A DNA stretch of 64,000 nucleotides from Longimicrobiales bacterium (GCA_965215065.1 OZ244037.1:3779371-3843370), one strand, 5' to 3'; counted from the stretch's first letter, positions 51,682 through 59,654 are shown. Notes: generated by a model from the letters alone, not told the origin. Made by a program: numbers and translations.

Positions 51682-51786
51682 GGCCGAGACGCGATTACCG
51701 CTTCTCGATGCACCGGACGCCCGCACGGGCAGCGCGCACGGAATGTGCGGGGGCCGAGACGCGATTACCGCTTCGAGATGCATCGG
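51682..51786. repeat. ~35-bp direct repeat with 70-bp period, duplicating the 3-prime end of the anti-sigma-like gene
   Basis: ggccgagacgcgattaccgcttc occurs at 51682-51704 and 51752-51774, with similar continuation. The second copy contains the real stop (RCISKR-stop). The first would read RCIEKR-stop. Confidence 0.7.
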
Positions 51787-52040
51787 GCCCCGTACTCGCC
51801 GGACAGCGACTCCGAGGTTCCGATCAGGTTCTGTGCCTCGCTTTCCAGCAGCACGGCGACGCCTGTTCGAATCACCCGGTCATAGCGCCGACACGACGAA
51901 CAGGAGTCCAGGTGAGCCAGCGCCCTGGTCCGCGCGGTCGGGTCAAGCTGATGGTCACGGTACTCCGAATACACATCGAGGAACCACCGACAGATCGGCG
52001 GTGAACCGAAGGGGCTGACTGCACTCGGATACTCGTTCAT
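51765..52040 (-). CDS. Zinc-finger (zf-HC2, HxxxCxxC) anti-sigma-factor-like protein, soluble
   Basis: 91 aa from ATG 52040: ...ICRWFLDVYSEYRDHQLDPTARTRALAHLDSCSSCRRY... This shows the C-x(n)-H-x3-C-x2-C ZAS pattern. No TM segment. Confidence 0.6.
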   Translation of the reverse strand: MNEYPSAVSPFGSPPICRWFLDVYSEYRDHQLDPTARTRALAHLDSCSSCRRYDRVIRTGVAVLLESEAQNLIGTSESLSGEYGARCISKR

Positions 52041-52105
52041 GGTCAAGACGCGCGTCAGCAGCACGCGACAACGGCTTAGGGAGACTTTCCGGCATCCACA
52101 CACTG

Positions 52106-52134
52106 TATACCGTCATGGATGCGTGTTTGTTTCC
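52106..52134 (-). promoter_or_regulatory. Candidate ECF-type promoter (GGAAAC - 16 nt - CGGTATA) upstream of the anti-sigma-like gene
   Basis: The minus strand reads GGAAAC aaacacgcatccatga CGGTATA. This resembles ECF consensus forms such as TGAAAC-N16-CGTA. It lies in an AT-rich spacer 66-94 nt upstream of ATG 52040. Confidence 0.2.
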
Positions 52135-52189
52135 CTAATCCTAACCCAAAGAGGACTCGAACTCCCGGGCCGGCGACTCGGGCGACCGT

Positions 52190-53387
52190 TCACGGATCGT
52201 CTGGATGTCGCTCGGTCGCGCCGGGCAGCATGGCCCTGTCGAACTGCAGCACGCGGATCACCGGTACATCGAGAGGCCCCCGGGCTATTCCGTAGATCCG
52301 ATTTCCGCCGACCGCCCGCACATCCAGATCGGACGGCAGCGTGACCGCCGTCGAGCCGGTGCCGAACGGCGCGAACACATGCCAGTCCGTGAAGCTCCAG
52401 TCCGTCGTGTCGATCATCCCGCGTACCCACACGAATCCTCTGGTGTCCACGATGATCTTCGATATACCGGGCTTCAACGCCGGCAGGACCCACCCCGCGT
52501 CCCGGGGGATCACCGTCCGCCTGGCCCGTTCTCGTGCAGTCAACCGCTCGCGATCCGTCGCCGACACCGGATCTCCCGCCAACCCGGTCTTCACGACGCT
52601 CGCGACCTTCGCGGAATCGGCCACCAGCGAATACCACGACATGGTTCCCGACAAGCCGTCAGCCACCACGACGACACTGTCCCCGGCCACGCCCCAGTGA
52701 CCTGCAATGCCGAAACGAGTGGCCGCCGGGCCCCAGGGCACACCCTCGCTGCGCTCGTACCAAATCGCGTCAAGCGATTCATACTCCAGCAACTCGGTCA
52801 TGACGCGACTGCTGTCCTGCAACAACAGAACATGTCCCGGAACGCCCACCTTGCCGCTCACCGGGTTCCAAGTGAATCTCGGCGGCGCCACCCCAAACCC
52901 AGGTGTCGGCACGCATCGGGATGACAAGCGCGAGCGGAGTGTCGCGAACCGTCGGCATCCGATGAGCCTCGATGAACTTTCCGTCCAAGCCGAAGTAGTG
53001 AACAAGGTACTGCCCGATGTCGAACACCAGGAGACGGTCTTCGCGCAATACGAGCTCAATGGCCCGGGAAAACTCGGCTGGGCCCGCGGCTCGTCTTCCG
53101 AATCTCCCGAATCTCCCGATCAACTCTCCGGTCGCCGAAAGATGGATGACGGACTGGTCGACCCCGTCCAGCACGTAGAAGTCTCCGTCGGGACCAACCT
53201 TGATGTCGACAGGCCGCGTCAGTTCGGTACCGGGACGCATTCCATCCACCACGAGCACTTCTTCAACGGCGAGCGCCGCACCGGACGGCGGTTCCTGAGC
53301 GACGACGGGCACCGCCGGAGGCAAGTATGATGCACCGATTGTTGCTAGCCCGATTCTTGGTGCTCTAGTCAACGCTGTCACGTCCAT
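52190..53387 (-). pseudogene. Fifth member of the GxGPGEF beta-propeller-like family, interrupted by a frameshift (or sequencing error)
   Basis: ATG 53387 follows GGGAGG. The N-terminal part lies in the frame of track ORF 52779..53447 (...GRFGRFGRRAAGPAEF...RADTWVWGG). The C-terminal part lies in the frame of 52190..53059 (APPRFTWNPVSG...GFVWVRG...IYGIARGPLDVPVIRVLQF). The frames switch near 52881-52900. The joined length of ~399 aa fits the family. Confidence 0.5.
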
Positions 53388-53401
53388 ATCCTCCCTGGTT
53401 G

Positions 53402-53584
53402 TCAAGCTAGATGACTTACCTTGGATCCCTTGTCGCCGCGACCGCAATACTGATCGCAGCTCTCGGGCGCCGGATCATTGTAGCACTCCAAGCAGACCGC
53501 CACCGCGGTGGATCCACCGGAGACGGCCACGAGGTAGGTGAGCGAAATGATCGCTCCGGACAGAAGAGTGCCGAGAATCTTCAT
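53402..53584 (-). CDS. 60-aa Cys-rich signal-peptide protein (candidate secreted peptide)
   Basis: ATG 53584 is preceded by GGAAAGGAAG and overlaps the upstream ORF stop (ATGA). Sequence: MKILGTLLSGAIISLTYLVAVSGGSTAVAVCLECYNDPAPESCDQYCGRGDKGSKVSHLA. It ends 14 nt before the propeller-family gene start. Confidence 0.5.
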   Translation of the reverse strand: MKILGTLLSGAIISLTYLVAVSGGSTAVAVCLECYNDPAPESCDQYCGRGDKGSKVSHLA

Positions 53585-53985
53585 GATGCTTCCTTTCCGC
53601 TTCTGGTTGACATTTCGGCTCTCAGTGGTCCCCATGACCACCGGAACTGAAGGATCTCGCGCTTCCCGCGGCGTAAGTCCGTAAACCGGAAATACGAGCC
53701 ACTTCGGCTAAACCAAGCCAGCTCATATGGATCACTCGACTGCGCATACAGAACTCCGCCCCGGTGTGCCGTGACGACATGACCATTCCCCGGAATAGTG
53801 ATAGTCGAACTCGGTGTTGAATGATCGGAAGTGTCACGAGCCACTACCCGCAACTGGAATTCTCCGTCGCGTATCTCGGCCAACAACCACATCGCGTCAT
53901 TTGTAACCGCAATGTCGCGTATGGTGATGTCGGATGCCACATACCGCTGAACCAGTGAATCTCGTTGGTCGATGATCCCAACCAT
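53581..53985 (-). CDS. Hypothetical protein, possibly the C-terminal remnant of a disrupted larger gene
   Basis: 134-aa ORF MVGIIDQRDSLVQRYVASDITIRDIAVTNDAMWLLAEIRDGEFQLRVVARD... The same frame stays protein-like upstream across an in-frame TGA at 54019-54021. Hand count gives about 54% G+C over 53701-53940. Confidence 0.35.
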   Translation of the reverse strand: MVGIIDQRDSLVQRYVASDITIRDIAVTNDAMWLLAEIRDGEFQLRVVARDTSDHSTPSSTITIPGNGHVVTAHRGGVLYAQSSDPYELAWFSRSGSYFRFTDLRRGKREILQFRWSWGPLRAEMSTRSGKEAS

Positions 53986-54211
53986 GGAGTCAGAAACCAG
54001 AAAGATCGTGTCATGGGTTCACGAGTACAGCTCTCCGGCCAGGGCGAAGTCCCTCGATTGACAGACCAAGGCCTTGTTACAATGGCGAGCGCGAAGATCA
54101 CTGCGAAAACGGCAAGTGCGCTCCTCCGGGTAATTCGGAAGTGCGACAGGCGTGCTCGATGCTGGGCAGAACGCCGTAGGTCAGCGAGTCGCCGTCCATT
54201 GGGGTCTCCAT
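53986..54211 (-). pseudogene. Fragments of a membrane-anchored protein directly after the ECF sigma gene (decayed anti-sigma-like gene?)
   Basis: Three successive frames carry fragments. The first is a 37-codon ORF from ATG 54211 (METPMDGDSLTYGVLPSIEHACRTSELPGG...). The second is a TM-like stretch, SALAVFAVIFALAIV. The third continues (...RDFALAGELYS-TGA-THDTIFLVSDS) into ORF 53581..53985. Confidence 0.3.
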
Positions 54212-54247
54212 CTGGGTCTGCCTTTCTCTCACAGATCTTCCACGACG

Positions 54248-54886
54248 CTACTTGATCATCGGAGCGATGATGTGCGCGAACCTGTTCCTGGCCCGGTTCA
54301 GCCGACTCTTGACGGTGCCCAAGGCGCAACCGGTGATTTCGGCCATCTCTTCGTAGGTCTTGCCGTGCAGCTCGCGCAGGACGAAGACCACCCGGTGATG
54401 CTCCGGCAAAAGGGCTGCCGCTTCGTCCACCTTCTCACGCAGGAAGCGCTTGCGGTAGAGGTCGTCCGGGCGCGTGGCCGGGTCTTCCCACTCCAACGGG
54501 CGGGAGTCGGCTTCCCAGCTCTTCGTCAGGGACTGGAAGAGCACCAGCGGGTCGCGGGAACGGCTGCGGAGCTCGTTCTTCGCCAAGTTTCCGGCGATGG
54601 TGTAGATCCAAGTGGAGAACTTCCGGGTCTGGTCGAAGCTGTGAAGGTGGCGATAGACACGAATGAAGGTTTCCTGGATCAGATCCTCCGCCCGTTCACG
54701 ATCTCGAATCATGCGGAAGACGAAATTCCGGAGGCGCTTGTCGTATCGGCGCACCAACTCGGTAAACGCGCGCTCCTCACCGTCGAGGCAGCACTGCACG
54801 ACCTGGCTGTCCTCGAGCTCAGCGAGTCTTTTCCTGCCCAGGCCGGTAGCTCTCCGGTCAGCGAGAATCGGGTTCGCGTGTCCCAT
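54248..54886 (-). CDS. ECF (group 4) RNA polymerase sigma-70 family factor
   Basis: 212 aa from ATG 54886. Region 2 is FTELVRRYDKRLRNFVFRMIRDRERAEDLIQETFIRVY. Region 4.2 HTH is YEEMAEITGCALGTVKSRLNRARNRF. One hand-counted line gives about 53% G+C. Confidence 0.9.
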   Translation of the reverse strand: MGHANPILADRRATGLGRKRLAELEDSQVVQCCLDGEERAFTELVRRYDKRLRNFVFRMIRDRERAEDLIQETFIRVYRHLHSFDQTRKFSTWIYTIAGNLAKNELRSRSRDPLVLFQSLTKSWEADSRPLEWEDPATRPDDLYRKRFLREKVDEAAALLPEHHRVVFVLRELHGKTYEEMAEITGCALGTVKSRLNRARNRFAHIIAPMIK

Positions 54887-55070
54887 GATTCCACCATCCT
54901 CTCGGCCATGGTCCGGGTTCAAAGTCACATTATTTATTGCGCATGAATCGTGCCGCCGCTCCAGACGCACCAAGACGCGGCTTGGCTCCGGCCATCTGTC
55001 CTCTGGGGGTGACACCGGATTCCCGCGCACAGGACACTACGCGTCTTGCCGACCCGGCGCGCTGCCGCTC

Positions 55071-55137
55071 CCGGGTGCTCATGCGGCCTCCCGGGTGCTC
55101 ATGCGGCCTCTCGGTGCTCATGCGGCCTCCCGGTGCC
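55071..55137. repeat. 20-bp tandem repeat x3.4 (ccgggtgctcatgcggcctc)
   Basis: Two perfect 20-bp units, one 19-bp unit and a partial unit. The repeat lies between the NUDIX stop (55146) and the ECF sigma start (54886). Confidence 0.85.
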
Positions 55138-55145
55138 CGCGCGGG

Positions 55146-55709
55146 TTATCCCCGGGCTGCCAGGAGGAACCGCACGGCGAAGAGTATGGTCACGATCGAC
55201 TTCGCGTCCGTCATTTCGCCGCGATGAATCAGCTCGACGGCCCGCGAAAGGGGCATGCGCTCGACCTCGAGGAACTCGTCCCGGTCGGCGCAGCTCGTGC
55301 CGGGCACAAGATTGAAGGCCGCATAGAGGTGGATCTGCTCGGTCGCGAACCCGGGCGTGGTATGAATGGTCGTGAGTTCCACGAGACGGGCGGCGCGGAA
55401 GCCTGTCTCTTCTTCGAGTTCGCGCCGGGCGCAGTCTTTCGGGGTCTCATCGGGCTCGATGATTCCCGCCGGCACCTCGTAGATGACGCCGCCCGCCGCG
55501 TAGCGATACTGCCGCAGCAGCAATACTTCCGATCCACCGCCGCGGTCCGGCTCCAACACGGGCAGGACCGCGGCAGCACCCCGGTGTCGGATCAGTTCCA
55601 GCTCGCCCACCGACCCGTCCGGAAACCGCACCGTGTCGACGCTCAGGTGAACGACCCTCCCGTCGTGGATGACGTCCGTCGAGACGCAGGCGCGACGATC
55701 TTCGGTCAT
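55146..55709 (-). CDS. NUDIX hydrolase (ADP-ribose pyrophosphatase-like)
   Basis: 187 aa with the Nudix box GIIEPDETPKDCARRELEEETG. Confidence 0.9.
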   Translation of the reverse strand: MTEDRRACVSTDVIHDGRVVHLSVDTVRFPDGSVGELELIRHRGAAAVLPVLEPDRGGGSEVLLLRQYRYAAGGVIYEVPAGIIEPDETPKDCARRELEEETGFRAARLVELTTIHTTPGFATEQIHLYAAFNLVPGTSCADRDEFLEVERMPLSRAVELIHRGEMTDAKSIVTILFAVRFLLAARG

Positions 55710-55729
55710 GCTTCGATCATGCGGACCCT

Positions 55730-57088
55730 TCAGCCCCCTTCGGCATGCACCGTTACCGGGCCGATCTTCAGATCCTCCAGCCCCGGGCCTACGGCATCGG
55801 CATCGCCGACCACGACCGTGCGCAACGTTTGCGGCCGGATGTATCTTCTCGCGGCTTCCGCGGCATCATCCCGCGTAACTTCTCTTACCCGCTCCCGATA
55901 GCTTCGGTAGTAGTCCCCAGGCAGGCCGAACACGATCAGGCTCGCGATTCTGGACGCGACCTGTCCCGTCGTTTCCATGCGCAGGGGGAAGACCCCCGCA
56001 AGATACCTCGTCGCAGCGTCGACCTCTCCGCTCGTCGGACCGGACTCCGCGAGCGCTTCGATCTCCTTGACCATCTCACGAACCGCTGCGGCCGTCACCG
56101 AGTTCTCGACCGCCGTCGAAACCGCGAACGGGCCGCGGTCCCGGCGCGCTGCGAACATCGAGCGGACTCCGTAGGTGAAGCCGTGCCGCTCCCGAAGGTT
56201 GAGGTTGAGACGCGACGAGAACGAACCGCCGAGCACGAGGTTCACCACCGTAAGGGGGAGGTAGTCCTCGATGAAGCGCGATACGCCGATATGGCCGAGG
56301 CGAATCTCGGACTGCACGGAGCCGGGGCGATGCACGACATGGATCGCCCGTTCGGGCTCGCGTCCCCGGACGACCGCCTCCGGCGGAGTGTCGACGATTG
56401 CGCTCCAGTCGCCGAATCCCTGCTCCGCGAGGTGACGCGCCTCTCGGCTCTCCACGTCGCCGACCACGACCAGCTCTGCCTGGGCGGGCCCGTAGCGCGC
56501 CGCCGCGTAATCGCGGGCGTGGCCGGACTCCACGGTGCTCAGCGAAGTCTCGGTGCCGCCCACGGGCCGGGCGTAGGTATCTCCCTCGGCGTAGATGAAG
56601 CGCGCGTGGGAATCGGCGGCGAGAGAAGCGGGGTCCATACGGCGGTGCGCCGCCGTCGCGAGACGCTGAGCCTTGTAACGGTCGAATTCCGCGGCATCGA
56701 ACGCCGGCGAACGCACCATTTCGGCAAGCAGCGGCATCGCATCGCCGAGGTGTTCCGCGAGGCAGGAAACGGCGACGGTGGTGGAGTCCCATCCGGTCGC
56801 GGTTCCGAAACTCGCGCCGATGTCTTCGAGCCTCCGGGCTAGTCGAGTGCCGGACAGCCGGGTGCTCCCTCCTTCCAGCGCGTGCCCGGCGAGGAGCGCC
56901 AGACCTTCGCGACCGGGGGACACCGAAGTTTCGCCTGCTCGCAGCACGACCATGGCCGTGACGAGGCGGAAGGGAAGCTTGTGCACGACACGCACGCCCA
57001 TCCCGTTTCCGAGACGATCGTCGACGACCGCAGGAAACTCGTAGGGGCGGATCGGGCCCGGCGGAGGAGGCGAGTTCCGGTCGGTCAT
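55730..57088 (-). CDS. M16-family (pitrilysin) peptidase-like protein, non-catalytic partner type
   Basis: 452 aa with M16 fold-like sequence. It has GLALLAGHALEGGS in place of the HxxEH zinc site. ATGA overlap with the upstream M16 gene. Confidence 0.82.
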   Translation of the reverse strand: MTDRNSPPPPGPIRPYEFPAVVDDRLGNGMGVRVVHKLPFRLVTAMVVLRAGETSVSPGREGLALLAGHALEGGSTRLSGTRLARRLEDIGASFGTATGWDSTTVAVSCLAEHLGDAMPLLAEMVRSPAFDAAEFDRYKAQRLATAAHRRMDPASLAADSHARFIYAEGDTYARPVGGTETSLSTVESGHARDYAAARYGPAQAELVVVGDVESREARHLAEQGFGDWSAIVDTPPEAVVRGREPERAIHVVHRPGSVQSEIRLGHIGVSRFIEDYLPLTVVNLVLGGSFSSRLNLNLRERHGFTYGVRSMFAARRDRGPFAVSTAVENSVTAAAVREMVKEIEALAESGPTSGEVDAATRYLAGVFPLRMETTGQVASRIASLIVFGLPGDYYRSYRERVREVTRDDAAEAARRYIRPQTLRTVVVGDADAVGPGLEDLKIGPVTVHAEGG

Positions 57089-58377
57089 GAGGCCTGCACC
57101 GGGATGTAGCGGACGAGGGCCCGGTTGCCGGGGTGCAGGTGGCTCCGGCTCCAGCTTCGGACTTCCTCTAGTGTGACCCGGCGAAGGCGTTTCAGATCAT
57201 CGTTCAGACGCGCCGGATCGTCGAAGTGCGTCGCGTACATCGAGAGAAGGTCGGCTCGCGTCGCAACCTGCTGCAATGCCCTCAGCATGCGCGTTTCAGC
57301 CCCGGTCACGGCGCGGGCGACCTCGTCGTCGGTCAGCGTCTCCGCGTTGTCGATCTCTCGGGCCAACGCAACCTCGAGGTCGTTCACGTCGGTGTCCGGG
57401 AAGCCCGTGGCGACCACCAGAAAAATACTCGCTCCCGACGTGAGCGGGAGAAGGTGGCAGGAAGCCGACTTGGCCAGCCGCCGCCGCACGAGGCGGTCAT
57501 ACAATCGCGAAGACCTGCCGGTGCCGAGGCAATGAGCCACCACGTCGCCGGCGTAGAAGAGATCGGTCGTAAACGGAGGCACCCGCGCCGCGGCGTACAG
57601 CCTGGGTAGAGGCACGGCCCCCGGCACATCTTCTCGAAGGGTCTCGCCGGTCGACAAGGGAATGCGATCGTTTCCGGGAAGGGGCGGCGGCGGTCCGGAC
57701 GGGATTGCGCCGAAGTAGCGGTCGACCCGGTCGCGCGCGTGCCCCGGATCGAAGTCTCCGCAGATCGAAATCACCGCGTTGTTCGGCACGTAGTGTGCGG
57801 CGAAGAAGTCGCGGACATCGTCCAGCGTTGCGGCCGCGATGTCCTCGAGCCTTCCGATCACCGTGTGATGGTACGGATGACTCTCGGGGAAAAGGAGGGC
57901 CTGAATGCGTTCGTCCCAGTCCCCGTAGGGCTGGTTGTCGTACCGTTCCTTCCGCTCGTTCATGACGACCCGGCGCTGGTTTTCCAGCTTCTCGGCGTTC
58001 ATCGCGGGAAGCATCCATCCCATCCGGTCCGCTTCCAGCCAGAGCGCCAGATCCAGGTAGTGGGACGGCACGGTGTCGAAGTAGTTGGTGCGATCGAACC
58101 AGGTGGTGGCGTTCGCGGAGCCTCCCACGCGTTCGATGTGCTTGAAGTGTCCGTTCTTGGGGACATGGGCCGAACCCTGGAACATCATGTGCTCGAACAG
58201 GTGGGCGAGACCCGTTCTGCCGGGCGCTTCATTCCGCGAACCGACTCCGTACCACAGGTTCACACTGGTGACCGGAGTCGTCGTGTCCGGCGCCATGACC
58301 AGCCTGAGCCCGTTGCCGAGCCTGTGCTCTTTGACCTCGATCATTTTTCGCACCCCCACTTCCTCATATTTTTCCAC
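57085..58377 (-). CDS. M16-family zinc metallopeptidase
   Basis: 430 aa with the inverted zincin motif in GLAHLFEHMMFQGS (HxxEH) and a downstream NATT...T.Y block. Confidence 0.9.
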   Translation of the reverse strand: MEKYEEVGVRKMIEVKEHRLGNGLRLVMAPDTTTPVTSVNLWYGVGSRNEAPGRTGLAHLFEHMMFQGSAHVPKNGHFKHIERVGGSANATTWFDRTNYFDTVPSHYLDLALWLEADRMGWMLPAMNAEKLENQRRVVMNERKERYDNQPYGDWDERIQALLFPESHPYHHTVIGRLEDIAAATLDDVRDFFAAHYVPNNAVISICGDFDPGHARDRVDRYFGAIPSGPPPPLPGNDRIPLSTGETLREDVPGAVPLPRLYAAARVPPFTTDLFYAGDVVAHCLGTGRSSRLYDRLVRRRLAKSASCHLLPLTSGASIFLVVATGFPDTDVNDLEVALAREIDNAETLTDDEVARAVTGAETRMLRALQQVATRADLLSMYATHFDDPARLNDDLKRLRRVTLEEVRSWSRSHLHPGNRALVRYIPVQAS

Positions 58378-58484
58378 TTCCCCCGTATTCTTGTTCGTCG
58401 CCCGGCGGCGGGTCCGCTCCCGATCCCGAGGCCCTGAGGCTATCCGCCGGCCACGACATCCACAACCAACGAGGAGTCGACATC

Positions 58485-59654
58485 GTGGGATTCACCCCGT
58501 TTCAGATGGAGCGCTGGCAGTCCACCTACGAACACAGGGTCGATTACAATCTGTCGGAGAGCGGCGTGCACCCGTTGACGGTCGGCGAACTGCTGTCGTA
58601 CGCAGGACCGTCGGCAGACCTTTCGCACATCCGGCTGGGATACAGTCAGTCCAACGGAACGGACAAGCTTCGAGCGCGGATCGCGTCCTTGCATGCGGGG
58701 GCGACGGACAGGTCCGTCCTCGTGACCGTCGGCGGTGCCGAAGCCAACTTCGTCGCGTCCTGGGAGCTGGCGCTCCCGGGCAGGCCGGCAGCGGTGATGC
58801 TGCCCAACTACATGCAGGTTCCGGGGCTCATGAAGAACTTCGGCGGGGAATGTATTCCGTTCCATCTCCGAGAGGACGCGGGATGGCGTCCGGACCTGGA
58901 TCAGCTCGAATCGGCTCTCAAGGCGGGCGCGGGATTCATCCTGATCACGCACCCCAACAACCCCACCGGCGTCGCGCTCACCCCCGACGAGATGGACAAC
59001 ATCGTCTCTCTGGCGGACAGGCACGGGGCGTGGATCCTCTCGGACGAAGTCTACCGGGGAGCGGAGGTCGGTTCCGATCCGGTACCGAGCTTCTGGGGAC
59101 GCGGCGACCGGGTCCTGGTCACGAATTCGCTGTCCAAGGCCTACGCGCTGCCCGGAGTGAGACTGGGGTGGGTGGTGGGACCGGACGATGTGGTCGAGCG
59201 GCTGTGGGCCCGCACCGACTACACGACCATTGCGCCCCCGTCGGTCTCCGACGCCCTCGCCGCCATCGCCCTGTCCCCCGAGGTGAGACCGAAGATTCTG
59301 GACCGCACCCGGGCCATCATCCGCCGCAACCTGGGGCTCATGACCGAATGGGTCGCGTCGCACGACGGACTGTTCAGCTTCACTCCTCCGGACGCCGGCG
59401 CGATCTCGATGGTCCGGTACAATGCGCGCATCGGTTCGCAGGAACTCGCCGAACGCCTCCGGGTGGAGCGCAGCGTACTGATCGTGCCGGGCGTTCACTT
59501 CGGAATCGAGTCCGCGATGCGTCTGGGCTTCGGGCCTCCCGAAGAGGAGCTTCAGCGCGGGCTCGACCGTATCGGTTCGGCCTTCGATTCGTTCCGACGA
59601 CGCCCTGCCGCCTCCCTCACGACGAAGAAGCCGTCATCGCCCAGTTCCTGGTAG
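58485..59654 (+). CDS. Class I/II PLP-dependent aminotransferase
   Basis: 389 aa with GTG 58485 and GGAG 8 nt upstream. PLP-lysine block NSLSKAYALPGVRLGW, NPNNPTG, and YRG. Confidence 0.88.
   Translation: MGFTPFQMERWQSTYEHRVDYNLSESGVHPLTVGELLSYAGPSADLSHIRLGYSQSNGTDKLRARIASLHAGATDRSVLVTVGGAEANFVASWELALPGRPAAVMLPNYMQVPGLMKNFGGECIPFHLREDAGWRPDLDQLESALKAGAGFILITHPNNPTGVALTPDEMDNIVSLADRHGAWILSDEVYRGAEVGSDPVPSFWGRGDRVLVTNSLSKAYALPGVRLGWVVGPDDVVERLWARTDYTTIAPPSVSDALAAIALSPEVRPKILDRTRAIIRRNLGLMTEWVASHDGLFSFTPPDAGAISMVRYNARIGSQELAERLRVERSVLIVPGVHFGIESAMRLGFGPPEEELQRGLDRIGSAFDSFRRRPAASLTTKKPSSPSSW

Noticed and set aside
54019-54021. In-frame TGA as selenocysteine or programmed readthrough
   Set aside because: No SECIS-like hairpin immediately downstream is obvious. 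The same locus also needs two frameshifts to be read through, so decay or sequence error is the simpler explanation.
55071-55137. Possible CRISPR array (also considered for 63795-63866)
   Set aside because: The units abut directly with no spacers, there are only 3-4 copies of 18-20 bp, and no cas genes are nearby. These are simple tandem repeats.
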